From positions 4,315 to 68,314 of the forward strand of contig CAYNEO010000014.1 in assembly GCA_964396245.1 (NCBI GenBank): a stretch of 64,000 nucleotides of DNA. Direction: 5' to 3'. How positions within the stretch are numbered: the first letter of the stretch is position 1; each line of letters starts with the position of its first letter. Below are positions 41,878 to 50,722 of this stretch, one piece after another. This DNA is from an uncultured Ignavibacteriales bacterium. GTDB taxonomy: Bacteria > Zixibacteria > MSB-5A5 > GN15 > FEB-12. Made by a program: the position numbers and the translations under genes. Below the pieces are notes generated by a model. It made no database searches. It was not told where the DNA came from and saw only the letters and a list, made by a program, of their open reading frames with translations.

Positions 41878-43197
41878 ATGGACGGTAGCCTCACTCTCGA
41901 ACTGCTGGCAATCCTGGTGCTTATCCTGGCCAATGGATTTTTCGCATTGGCCGAATTTTCCGTCATCGCCAGCCGAAAAAGCCGGCTGCGGCAAAAAGCC
42001 GAAGAACGCAAGCCCGGCGCTGAACAAGCCGCCAAACTTCGCGAAAACCCCGAACGATTCCTCGCCACGATTCAGGTGGGAATCACACTCGTGGCTGCCA
42101 TGGTAGGTGTCTTCAGCGGCGCCACCATGGTCAATAAGCTCGCCGAGGCTATCAAACTCATCCCGATTCACGGTATCCAGAATGCCGCGACCGGAATCTC
42201 GATGGTGTTGGTGGTTGTCCTGATCACTGTCCTGTCGGTCGTCCTCGGCGAACTGGTGCCCAAGTACCTGGCCCTGTCTTTCCCCGAGAGATACGCCCGC
42301 TATGTCGCGCGGCCGATATCATTCTTTGTCAAGGTCACATCCATATTCTCACGGCTGCTGAGCGGCACGGCCCTTTCCATTGTCCGCATGCTTGGCGTCC
42401 GAAGTGACCCGCAACGCGGCGCCGTGAGCGAAGAGGAAATCAACCAGCTGGTCATAGAGGGCCGGGAAGAGGGCGTGTTCGACGATACCCAGAGAGAATT
42501 CATCCGCTCCGTGTTCGAGTTCGCCGACTCCACGGTGCGACGGGCGATGACTCCTCGGACCGATGTGATCGGCATCGACATCGACGGCAAGCCGATTGAT
42601 ATCGTCACCCTGATGGTCGAGCAGGGATACAGCCGCTACCCTGTCTTCAAGGGCAACATCGACACTGTCGTCGGAGTCATATACGCCAAAGACGTCCTCC
42701 AGAAAGAGATGAATGCCCGCGACATAGACGTCGCCGGGATTCTCAGGGAGGCGCTGTACGTTCCGGACTCCATGCCGTTGTCGAAACTGCTGCGTGAGTT
42801 CCAGAAGGGGAAAAATCACATGGCCGTCGTGCTCGATGATTTCGGCGGCACCGCCGGCATCATCACGCTCGAGGATATTCTCGAGGAGCTCGTCGGCGAG
42901 ATACAGGACGAGTACGACACCGAGGCAAAACCGCTGGTCAGGCACTCGGATACCGTCGCCTTTGCCGACAGCTCGGTCTGGCCCGGCGAAGTCAACGATT
43001 TGCTGAACTCAAACCTTCCCGAAGACGATGTCGACACGCTGGCCGGCCTGTTCATGGAAGCGGTCGGTCGCCTCCCCGAACAGCACGAGACCGTCACGAT
43101 TGCCGATGTCAAACTGACCGTGCTGGCCAAGGACGAGAACCGTATACTCAGGATCAAGGCGGAAAAGATCGTGCCCGAGAGTACGCCGAGGGAATAA
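41878..43197 (+). CDS. HlyC/CorC-family transporter (DUF21 - tandem CBS - CorC_HlyC)
   Basis: 439 aa. N-terminal four-TM DUF21 (NGFFALAEFSVIASR). CBS pair (MTPRTDVIGIDID...; YSRYPVF...). C-terminal transporter-associated domain. Confidence 0.9.
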   Translation: MDGSLTLELLAILVLILANGFFALAEFSVIASRKSRLRQKAEERKPGAEQAAKLRENPERFLATIQVGITLVAAMVGVFSGATMVNKLAEAIKLIPIHGIQNAATGISMVLVVVLITVLSVVLGELVPKYLALSFPERYARYVARPISFFVKVTSIFSRLLSGTALSIVRMLGVRSDPQRGAVSEEEINQLVIEGREEGVFDDTQREFIRSVFEFADSTVRRAMTPRTDVIGIDIDGKPIDIVTLMVEQGYSRYPVFKGNIDTVVGVIYAKDVLQKEMNARDIDVAGILREALYVPDSMPLSKLLREFQKGKNHMAVVLDDFGGTAGIITLEDILEELVGEIQDEYDTEAKPLVRHSDTVAFADSSVWPGEVNDLLNSNLPEDDVDTLAGLFMEAVGRLPEQHETVTIADVKLTVLAKDENRILRIKAEKIVPESTPRE

Positions 43198-43215
43198 CCG
43201 AGGAGATCTTCTTCG

Positions 43216-43884
43216 ATGACAAACATACTGCGCGCTCCTCTGGTCTGGAGCCGTCGGCTATATGACTGGGTCTTGAGCTGGGGCGAGAAACGTCACGGTC
43301 AAACCGCGCTTTTCTTCCTCTCGATGGCGGAAGCCTCCTTTTTCCCCATTCCTCCCGACGCCCTCCTGATTGCCCTCTGTATGGGTTCGCATCGCAAGTG
43401 GGTCCGGTTTGCGATCGTTTGCTCGATAGGCTCGATAATCGGCGGTATGCTCGGCTACTTGATCGGATATGCGGCGTTTGAAGTGATCGGCCACAAGATA
43501 CTGGACTTCATCGCAACCATTTCCGGCGGTGACCCGGATCAGATGCTTTCCGTGGCCCGGTACTGGTTCGATGAAAAGCGGGTCTGGGGCATGCAGGTGG
43601 GCGCCTGGGCAGTCGGAATTGCCGGGTTCACGCCCATCCCGTACAAAGTCTTCACGATCGCAGCCGGCTTCTTCTCTATGAGCTTCCCGATTTTCGTGAT
43701 CGCATCGGCCGTCAGCCGTTCGCTCCGATTTTTCGTTGTCGCGGGACTCGTCGGGACCCTCTTCGAGCGCTACGGCGTGCGCATTAAGGAGTTCATTGAC
43801 AAGTACTTCAATGCTCTCGCCATCGCCTTTGTGGTTCTCTTGATAGCCGGATTCGTCTCGCTCAAATTTATCGGTGCCGACTGA
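43216..43884 (+). CDS. YqaA/DedA-related (VTT-domain) membrane protein
   Basis: 222 aa. ALFFLSMAEASFFPIPPDALLIAL and GFTPIPYKVFTIAAG are typical of the YqaA family. RBS GAGGAG. Confidence 0.85.
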   Translation: MTNILRAPLVWSRRLYDWVLSWGEKRHGQTALFFLSMAEASFFPIPPDALLIALCMGSHRKWVRFAIVCSIGSIIGGMLGYLIGYAAFEVIGHKILDFIATISGGDPDQMLSVARYWFDEKRVWGMQVGAWAVGIAGFTPIPYKVFTIAAGFFSMSFPIFVIASAVSRSLRFFVVAGLVGTLFERYGVRIKEFIDKYFNALAIAFVVLLIAGFVSLKFIGAD

Positions 43885-44001
43885 AAATCTCACCGCATGA
43901 CCGACTCTTTTTGTGTTTCTTTGTGGGCTTCAACCGCATTTTTGTGTATATTAGTCAACCTTTAACGTGCTCGACCGCAATAGATACTGACTGACAAACT
44001 G

Positions 44002-45366
44002 ATGAGCGAACTGCGAAAGAAACTGGTGGAACTGGAAGTAACCGACCTCGCCTTCGACGGTAAGTCGGTGGCGCATCAGGAAGGCAAGGTGGTCTTCCTG
44101 CGCGGCGGTCTTCCGGGAGAAACCGTCCTCGCTGAAATTACCCGCCAGAAGCCCCGCTACAATGAAGGCGTCGTAAAGGAAATTGTCGGCCAATCCGACA
44201 TGCGGACGCCCGCAATCTGTTCTCACTTCGATATATGCGGCGGCTGCACCTGGCAGGACCTGCTGTACGAAAAACAGCTCCAGTTCAAGAAAAAACAGGT
44301 CAATGACTGCATCGAGCGCATCGGCGGACTCGAATCAGTCGTGGTGGAAGACGTCATCGGCTCGGTAGAGATTTTTAACTACCGCAACAAGATGGAATTC
44401 TCTTTCCACACCTCCGATGACGGATTCACTCTGGGCCTGCATCGGCGCGGACACTTCGACCAGGTTTTCGACATCGACAAGTGCCACCTCCAGTCCGCAC
44501 AGTCCAACGCCATCGTGGCGTGGATTCGGGATTTCGTCAAGCGGAATGACATCCCGGTCTACGACGTCAAGAACCACACCGGCTTCATGAGATTCCTTGT
44601 TATCAGAACCGGCAAGCGGACCGGCCAGACGATGGTCAATATCGTCACCAATTACGGCGATTTGCCCCGCCACCAGGAACTCGTGGAACAACTCCGCGAG
44701 GCATTTCCCGACGTTACGACCGTCATTCACAGCCAGAACGGCCGGAAATCCAATATCGCCACCGGCGAAATCGAACACATTCTCTATGGCTCGGGCTATG
44801 TCGAGGAAAAACTCTTTGAGCGTCGTTTTCGCATACGGGCGAACTCGTTCTTCCAGACGAACTCGATCCAGGCCGAGACTCTCTATCGCACGGCGTTTGA
44901 TATGCTCGACCCGAACCGGACCGACCGGATTCTCGATCTGTACTGCGGGACCGGGTCGATAGGTCTGCTGATTTCGGACCGTGTCGCGGAAGTGGTCGGC
45001 GTTGAGTTAGTGGCCGATGCCATCCGCACCGCACGGGAAAACGCCGCCGTCAACGGGATAGAGAACGTGACATTTCACGAGAGCGACGTTAAAGAGTTCC
45101 TGAAGTCCTCGCCGGAGGCGCCGGAGCCGTTCGACGCGGTTATCGTTGATCCGCCGCGCGCCGGACTGCATCCGAAAGCCCTCAAGCGACTGATCGAAAT
45201 CCGGCCGAAAAAGCTGCTCTATATATCCTGTAATCCATCGACTTTCGCCCGCGACGCTAAATCGCTCGTAGACGCCGGTTATTCCTTGCCGCGCGTGCAG
45301 CCGGTCGATATGTTTCCACACACAATGCACATAGAGGTGGTCGGACGGTTTGATCGCGGGGAGTGA
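44002..45366 (+). CDS. rlmD: 23S rRNA (uracil-C5)-methyltransferase RlmD/RumA family
   Basis: 454 aa. N-terminal TRAM-like region. Fe-S Cys cluster CSHFDICGGCTWQ. SAM motif DLYCGTGSIGL. DPPRAGL. Catalytic YISCNPSTFARD. Confidence 0.9.
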   Translation: MSELRKKLVELEVTDLAFDGKSVAHQEGKVVFLRGGLPGETVLAEITRQKPRYNEGVVKEIVGQSDMRTPAICSHFDICGGCTWQDLLYEKQLQFKKKQVNDCIERIGGLESVVVEDVIGSVEIFNYRNKMEFSFHTSDDGFTLGLHRRGHFDQVFDIDKCHLQSAQSNAIVAWIRDFVKRNDIPVYDVKNHTGFMRFLVIRTGKRTGQTMVNIVTNYGDLPRHQELVEQLREAFPDVTTVIHSQNGRKSNIATGEIEHILYGSGYVEEKLFERRFRIRANSFFQTNSIQAETLYRTAFDMLDPNRTDRILDLYCGTGSIGLLISDRVAEVVGVELVADAIRTARENAAVNGIENVTFHESDVKEFLKSSPEAPEPFDAVIVDPPRAGLHPKALKRLIEIRPKKLLYISCNPSTFARDAKSLVDAGYSLPRVQPVDMFPHTMHIEVVGRFDRGE

Positions 45367-45431
45367 CGGACCAGGCCGAATAAGGATTTTCAGTGATCTG
45401 CCGACCTACATAGCACCAAGGAGGTCAAAAC

Positions 45432-47165
45432 TTGCGCACGGTTAAACAGACCACAGCCTTGCTCATAGTGATAGTTTTCACGACGGTTCTTTTCTCGCAA
45501 GCGGTGTTCGCCGCCACCCAGAAAGAAAGATTCGACAAACTCTCCGGCGAGATTCTTGAACTCATCCAGTCCTTCTATCCCGTTCAATCGACCATGATGG
45601 GAATCCACAGCTATGACCATCGCCTGGGCGATTTCTCCGCGGCCTCGGTCAAGTCCATGGTCAGAAAGCTGAAGGACTACGAGGTCAAACTGCACAAGAT
45701 CAATACTTCGTCGTTCTCTCTCGAGGACCGGACCAACTATCGGCTGATCAAATCCAATCTCGATATCGCGCTGCTCAATCTCGACAAGATCGAATGGCAG
45801 CGGTTTTCGCCCGGCCTGTATGTCGATGAGGCCGTCAACGGCGTCTATTATCTCGAATTGTCGCAGCACGCCCCAATGTCGGAAAAGCTGTATTCGATCA
45901 TCGACCGAATGAAGGCCGTGCCCGACCTGTTCGAAACCGCCCGGGAAAACCTGCGCCAGGTGCCACCGGTCTATATCGAGACGGCCGGCCGGTCACTGCA
46001 GTCCGGGATGGATTTCTACCGCCAGATAGCCTCCGAGATGATGGCGGAATTTCCTGACCGGGCCGATGAAATCCTGAAAGTTTCCACCGTCGCACGCGAA
46101 GCCATGAATGATTTTCTGAACTACCTGTCACAGGTCACACCCGGCGATGAAAAGGGATTTGCCATCGGCAAAAAGAACTTCGATTACATGCTCTCCAACG
46201 ACTACTTCCTGGACTACGATTCCGATTCTCTTCTGAAAATCGGCGAGCAAATGTTGGCCGGTGTTCAGCAGGAATACGATGAACAGGAGCAGTATCTCGC
46301 GGCCAACCAGAACGGCCAGGATTCGGTGTTCGTGCCGCAGTGTTTTTCCCGTGAGGACTTGATCGACTATTACGGCTGGGAAATCGACCAGGTGAAGCTG
46401 TTTCTCACCGAGAATGAGATTGTCAGCATCCCGGAAGATATTGCTCCCCTCGAAGTGGTCGAGACGCCGCCGTTCCTCAGCACCATGATTACCAGCATCG
46501 CCTACGAGCCCGCCGGCCCGTTTGACGATACCCAGCGGGGACTGATCTATATTCGGCCGATACCGCAAAATATGGACCGTCGGCAGCTGGAGGCGCGGTT
46601 CCGTTATGTCGATCGGCGTGGTTTCCGCGGGTCGGTCGTCCACGAAGGGTATCCGGGACACCACCTGCAGATGCAAATCGCGGCAAGAAACGCGAGCGCC
46701 GTGCGCCGATGGCAGACGAACCCCATGATGATCGAAGGATGGGGACTGTATTGCGAAGAATTGATGTACAACGACGGTCTGTACGGCGCTGATGACCCGG
46801 CACAGCGGCTGAAAGTGCTCGGCGGCATTCGCATGCGGGCGGCGCGCGTGATTGCCGACGTGAAGTTGCATACCGGGCAGTTCACCGTCGACCAGTGTGT
46901 CGATTGGATGACCGATGTGCTCGGTATCGATACCGAGTCCGGTCGGCAGTTTATCGCGGGCGAAGTAAGACGCTACACGCTGACTCCCACGTACCAGATG
47001 TCCTATCTCATGGGCAAGCGGGATATCGACCGGCTCCGGCAGGCCATGGAAGAGCGCGAGGGGGAGAACTTCTCCGAACAGCAGTTTCACGATGCCCTTC
47101 TCGCCGAAGGATCGATTCCTACGGCACTTATGTGGGACCTCCTTGGCTTGAGCCGTCCTCATTAA
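45432..47165 (+). CDS. DUF885 domain-containing protein (secreted)
   Basis: 577 aa. TTG start supported by AGGAGG RBS; signal peptide. HEGYPGHHLQ signature of DUF885. Confidence 0.9.
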   Translation: MRTVKQTTALLIVIVFTTVLFSQAVFAATQKERFDKLSGEILELIQSFYPVQSTMMGIHSYDHRLGDFSAASVKSMVRKLKDYEVKLHKINTSSFSLEDRTNYRLIKSNLDIALLNLDKIEWQRFSPGLYVDEAVNGVYYLELSQHAPMSEKLYSIIDRMKAVPDLFETARENLRQVPPVYIETAGRSLQSGMDFYRQIASEMMAEFPDRADEILKVSTVAREAMNDFLNYLSQVTPGDEKGFAIGKKNFDYMLSNDYFLDYDSDSLLKIGEQMLAGVQQEYDEQEQYLAANQNGQDSVFVPQCFSREDLIDYYGWEIDQVKLFLTENEIVSIPEDIAPLEVVETPPFLSTMITSIAYEPAGPFDDTQRGLIYIRPIPQNMDRRQLEARFRYVDRRGFRGSVVHEGYPGHHLQMQIAARNASAVRRWQTNPMMIEGWGLYCEELMYNDGLYGADDPAQRLKVLGGIRMRAARVIADVKLHTGQFTVDQCVDWMTDVLGIDTESGRQFIAGEVRRYTLTPTYQMSYLMGKRDIDRLRQAMEEREGENFSEQQFHDALLAEGSIPTALMWDLLGLSRPH

Positions 47166-47194
47166 ACCCGATCGGCATAAGACTGATAATACTC

Positions 47195-47222
47195 AGCCCC
47201 GGCTTATCGCCGGGGCTTTTTT
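47195..47222 (+). terminator. Rho-independent terminator
   Basis: AGCCCCGGC-ttatc-GCCGGGGCT followed by TTTTTT, 30 nt after the stop at 47165. Confidence 0.88.
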
Positions 47223-47275
47223 GGCTTATGAAGGTCTCGTCTTCCGGCGGCAGTCGTGCCCGTAAACAACTGTTA

Positions 47276-47289
47276 GACAACCGGTTGTC
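47276..47289. promoter_or_regulatory. 14-bp perfect palindrome, candidate operator
   Basis: GACAACCGGTTGTC, preceded by the related AACAACTGTT. It lies about 145 nt upstream of ATG 47434, in the intergenic region ahead of the HIT / aconitase-like / DinB genes. Confidence 0.4.
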
Positions 47290-47433
47290 GTTTCCAGTAT
47301 GAATCGGGGCGGGCCCGGATAAGGGGCTTAATTCGGACCGAACCGGTCAACTGGCTATAGGGCAAACGAATAGCGGCGATTGAATTTTTGTTTTTCCTTT
47401 ATTTCATCGCTCATTTGTTTATATTAGCCACAT

Positions 47434-47925
47434 ATGGATAACAATATTCTCTGGGCGCCCTGGCGTTCTGCGTTTGTGCTGGCCAAAAAAGAAAAGGGAT
47501 GCCCACTGTGCAAAGCTCTCGAGGCGGAAACGGACTCGGTCGAGAATCTCATCGTCTATCGCGGCAAGACCTGCTTCGTGATTCTCAACAAGTTTCCGTA
47601 CAACTCCGGTCATGCCATGATCTGTCCCAACCGTCATCTGCCTGACCTGAGAGATTTGAACGAAGAAGAATCGGCCGAGCTGTTCGAACTGGTGCGCACT
47701 ACCGTAAGATTGCTCCAGGAGGTCATCAAGCCCCAGTCATTCAATCTCGGGATGAATATCGGCGAAGGTTCCGGGGCGGGGATTCCGCAACACCTGCATA
47801 TGCATGTCGTCCCCCGGTGGAACGGCGACACCAGCTTCATGATGGTCCTGGGCAAGACAAAGGTCGTTTCGGTGCCGCTCGATCCGGTTTATGAGAAGAT
47901 GAAGGAAGCATTCGACAGGTTATGA
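47434..47925 (+). CDS. HIT-family protein (Ap4A phosphorylase / nucleotidyl-transferase-like)
   Basis: 163 aa. LWAPWR N-terminus. Histidine-triad motif QHLHMHVVPRW. Its stop overlaps the next start (ATGA). Confidence 0.9.
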   Translation: MDNNILWAPWRSAFVLAKKEKGCPLCKALEAETDSVENLIVYRGKTCFVILNKFPYNSGHAMICPNRHLPDLRDLNEEESAELFELVRTTVRLLQEVIKPQSFNLGMNIGEGSGAGIPQHLHMHVVPRWNGDTSFMMVLGKTKVVSVPLDPVYEKMKEAFDRL

Positions 47926-49544
47926 GCCCCAAAAGGAAGATGCCGACCAAGACCGAGCTTCAGCAGCTGCAGAAGCTGTACAAGACCGATGAAAAAATAG
48001 GCGAACGGCTCGGCGGTGTGCCCGCCTATCTGGTAGCATACTGGCGGCGCAAGAAGGGCATCCCGAAATACTCGCTCCCGAAATTCTCCGAAACCGAAAT
48101 CCGCAATCTGTGGGAGAGGTACGGCGACGACGAAAAAGCCGGACTCGAACTCAGCCTGTCAAAGGCCGCCTTCTATAATTGGCGGCGGCGCTACAACATT
48201 CGTGAAAAGCCCGCCTTCCTGAAACTCGAACAGCTCGAGTTCAACTTCCCCGGCGCCAAATTCAGCTCCTATGCCGGGTCCCTGTACGGCAAGCAGAGCG
48301 TGGCGCAGAAGATACTCGCGCGGGCGGCGGGCGAAGAAAAAGTCGAAGTCGGCCGGACTCTTCAGGTTGAACCGGATATCGCCCTGTTGCATAAGCACGC
48401 CGAAGAAATCATCGACGCGTTCAAAAAGTCCGGCCCGGAATATGTCTGGAACCCCAATAAGGTACTGGTCACTCTCGATTACTCCCGCTGCGACGGTGGG
48501 GGTGACCCGGCCGAAGTTCACAAGCTTGTCCGCGAATTCGTCAAGCGGCAGGGGATCAAAAACTTCTATGACCTCCGCGAAGGTACCTGTCACCAGGTGG
48601 TGGTCGAGCGCGGCCATGTCATGCCCGGGCAGCTCATTCTCGGCACCGACGGCCTCACCACCTCGTACGGTTGCCTCGGTACGATGGCGGCGAATATCGA
48701 TGCCGAGCAGATGCTGGCGCTCTTCAGCAACGGCACGGTCGACATGAGTGTACCGCGCACGATCTGCATCAATATCACCGGCAGAAAAACCCGCGGCGTC
48801 TACGCCAAGGACATCGTCCTCTGGATTCTCCGCCAGCTCGGTTCCGGGACCGCCCACGACCGCGTGGTCGAGTACGGCGGCTCGGTGGTGTCGCAGATGT
48901 CGATCAGCGAGCGGTTTGCCCTTTCCAATATGTCGGTCGAACTCGGGGCGCGCTCCGCAATCTGCCCGTATGACGCCACCACTCGCCGGTATCTCAACGG
49001 CCGCGCTATGGGACAGTACAAGCCGGTCGTACCGGACAAGGACGCCGAGTACGAAAACATCTACCAGGTGAGTATCGACCAGCTTGTGCCGCAGGTAGCC
49101 TGTCCCGGAGAGGAACCCTCGATCAAACCCGCGGCGGAAGTCGAAGGCCTGCCCGTCAACCAGATTGTCATGGGGACATGCAGCAGCGGACGATTCGATG
49201 ACCTCCGGGTGGCGGCTGATATTCTCAAGGGGAAAACGGTTAGTTCTGATTGTCGGATGTACATATACCCGGGCTCGCGGGCGGTCTATCTCGAAGCCCT
49301 CAAGAAAGGCTTGATTCGCGTCTTCGTGGAGGCGGGTGCCATGGTGATGAATCCGGGGAGCTCGCCGTTCATGTCCTCGCAGGACGGACTTCTCGCCGAC
49401 GGCGAACGGTGTCTGGCCACCACCACCTGGCAGATTCACGCCCCGAAGTCAGGCAAGGCGGAGGTATACCTCTGCTCGCCGGCGACCGCGGCCGCATCGG
49501 CGCTCAACGGCGCCGTGACCGACCCGACACGATTCGTCAGATAG
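47922..49544 (+). CDS. aconitase/3-isopropylmalate-dehydratase-large-subunit-fold protein, predicted catalytically inactive, with N-terminal tandem HTH-like region
   Basis: 540 aa. From aa ~125 it is collinear with archaeal-type LeuC/HacA (GIKNFYDLREGTCHQVV, VEYGG, GTCSSGRFDDL, FVEAGAM). The DSHT motif is DGLT, CNM is SNM, the CGPC Fe-S ligands are SSPF (49359-49370), and TNRNFKGR is TTWQIHAP. The N-terminal 110 aa contain two wHTH-like units (GVPAYLVAYWRRKKGIP; LSKAAFYNWRRRYNIRE). Confidence 0.88.
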   Translation: MSPKRKMPTKTELQQLQKLYKTDEKIGERLGGVPAYLVAYWRRKKGIPKYSLPKFSETEIRNLWERYGDDEKAGLELSLSKAAFYNWRRRYNIREKPAFLKLEQLEFNFPGAKFSSYAGSLYGKQSVAQKILARAAGEEKVEVGRTLQVEPDIALLHKHAEEIIDAFKKSGPEYVWNPNKVLVTLDYSRCDGGGDPAEVHKLVREFVKRQGIKNFYDLREGTCHQVVVERGHVMPGQLILGTDGLTTSYGCLGTMAANIDAEQMLALFSNGTVDMSVPRTICINITGRKTRGVYAKDIVLWILRQLGSGTAHDRVVEYGGSVVSQMSISERFALSNMSVELGARSAICPYDATTRRYLNGRAMGQYKPVVPDKDAEYENIYQVSIDQLVPQVACPGEEPSIKPAAEVEGLPVNQIVMGTCSSGRFDDLRVAADILKGKTVSSDCRMYIYPGSRAVYLEALKKGLIRVFVEAGAMVMNPGSSPFMSSQDGLLADGERCLATTTWQIHAPKSGKAEVYLCSPATAAASALNGAVTDPTRFVR

Positions 49545-49553
49545 GGGATCGCC

Positions 49554-50015
49554 ATGACAGAGCACACCAGGCGATTGTTCGAGTACAATGGCTGGGCTAA
49601 CCGCGAGGTGTCTAATTCTCTCAAAGCGGCGCCCGAACCACCCCCGTCTTCCGTGCACATTCTCGGCCACATCGTGGCCGCCGAGTGGCTGTGGATCGGG
49701 CGGCTGAAACGTGACCAGACCGCCGTGGTCGTCTGGCCGCAACTCACTCTCGACCAGTGCGAGGTGCAGTTTTCCGACCTGGCGCGCCTCTGGCGGGAAT
49801 ATATGAACGACCTGACAATTGACAGATTAATAGAGACGGTCTCGTATCGTACCAGTGCGGGAGAGGAATTCACCAATAACGTGGGGGACATACTATCGCA
49901 CGTCATCATGCACGGTGTGTATCACCGGGGACAGATCGCCCGGGATATGCGAATGGCCGGGCTCGAACCGCCCTACACCGATTACATCCACGCCGTGCGC
50001 AACGGACTGATCTGA
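49554..50015 (+). CDS. DinB-family protein
   Basis: 153 aa. LFEYNGWANREV and SHVIMHGVYHRGQIARDM are typical of the DinB/DinB_2 four-helix-bundle family. Confidence 0.9.
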   Translation: MTEHTRRLFEYNGWANREVSNSLKAAPEPPPSSVHILGHIVAAEWLWIGRLKRDQTAVVVWPQLTLDQCEVQFSDLARLWREYMNDLTIDRLIETVSYRTSAGEEFTNNVGDILSHVIMHGVYHRGQIARDMRMAGLEPPYTDYIHAVRNGLI

Positions 50016-50111
50016 GAGAGTAACACTCGATCGATCCGGGGAGTTAACGCTGCACGCGCAGCACATCACAAAATCGTAAATGCGTTCTCAAATGAGGGCC
50101 GGGAGGCGATC

Positions 50112-50648
50112 ATGCGAAAAATCTTACTGGTAACGGCAATCATCTCTATCATCTGCGGATCCGTCGCGGGATTCGACGGTAAACGCAAGGGGTTCGTCCT
50201 GGGAGGCGGGATCGGTTTTTCACCCTACATCCACTGGGCATTCGATGATTATGCCTCGAAGGACGAAGGCGCCGGGATCGGCCTGCAGATTATTATTGGC
50301 TACGCCTGGGATGACCGGAACATGATCGTTTATGAGGAACAGGCATCCGGTTACTCGGAGGGCGGCGGAAGTATAGTTCAAGGCGGCAGATTCGTCAGCT
50401 GGCATCATTATTTCGGACCGGCCGGCCGGACTTTCTTCACCACCGCCGGTCTGGGACTTTACACCTGGGCGACCGGTAGCGACGATTTCAACGACTCCGG
50501 GGCGGCGTTGCTGGTCGGAGGAGGCTATGAATTCCACCGGCACTGGCAGGTGGGGCTTTTCATGTCCACCGGTAAGAGTAGTCGCGGAAGCTATGGAGGA
50601 ATGACTCACACCACTGTCGATTTGATGATCGGCGGCGTGGCCTTTTAA
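50112..50648 (+). CDS. putative outer-membrane beta-barrel protein
   Basis: 178 aa. RBS GGGAGG and a signal peptide. Gly/aromatic-rich alternating segments. C-terminal ...LMIGGVAF (terminal Phe). Confidence 0.72.
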   Translation: MRKILLVTAIISIICGSVAGFDGKRKGFVLGGGIGFSPYIHWAFDDYASKDEGAGIGLQIIIGYAWDDRNMIVYEEQASGYSEGGGSIVQGGRFVSWHHYFGPAGRTFFTTAGLGLYTWATGSDDFNDSGAALLVGGGYEFHRHWQVGLFMSTGKSSRGSYGGMTHTTVDLMIGGVAF

Positions 50649-50685
50649 ACGCAATCTTGTGTTAATGATCTAGCTGTAAATAGAA

Positions 50686-50720
50686 ACGGCGCACCCTCGG
50701 GCGCGCCGTTTGTTCCTTTG
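50686..50720. terminator. bidirectional terminator between convergent genes
   Basis: ACGGCGC-a-CCC-tc-GGG-c-GCGCCGT is flanked by T-rich tracts on both strands (TTGTTCCTTTGT on +, TTCTATTT on -). It lies between stops at 50648 (+) and 50723 (-). Confidence 0.65.
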
Positions 50721-50722
50721 TA

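Noticed and set aside
46128-47162. 344-aa minus-strand ORF, plus similar long antisense ORFs at 48159..49439, 1116..1940, 27841..28587, 42349..42945, 43258..43893, 53357..54016, 59734..60540 and 63224..63958
   Set aside because: Each lies opposite a gene with clear family motifs (DUF885, aconitase-like, activator, MscS, CorC, YqaA, LpxH, FtsH, LepA). All show shadow-frame composition with no RBS or motifs.
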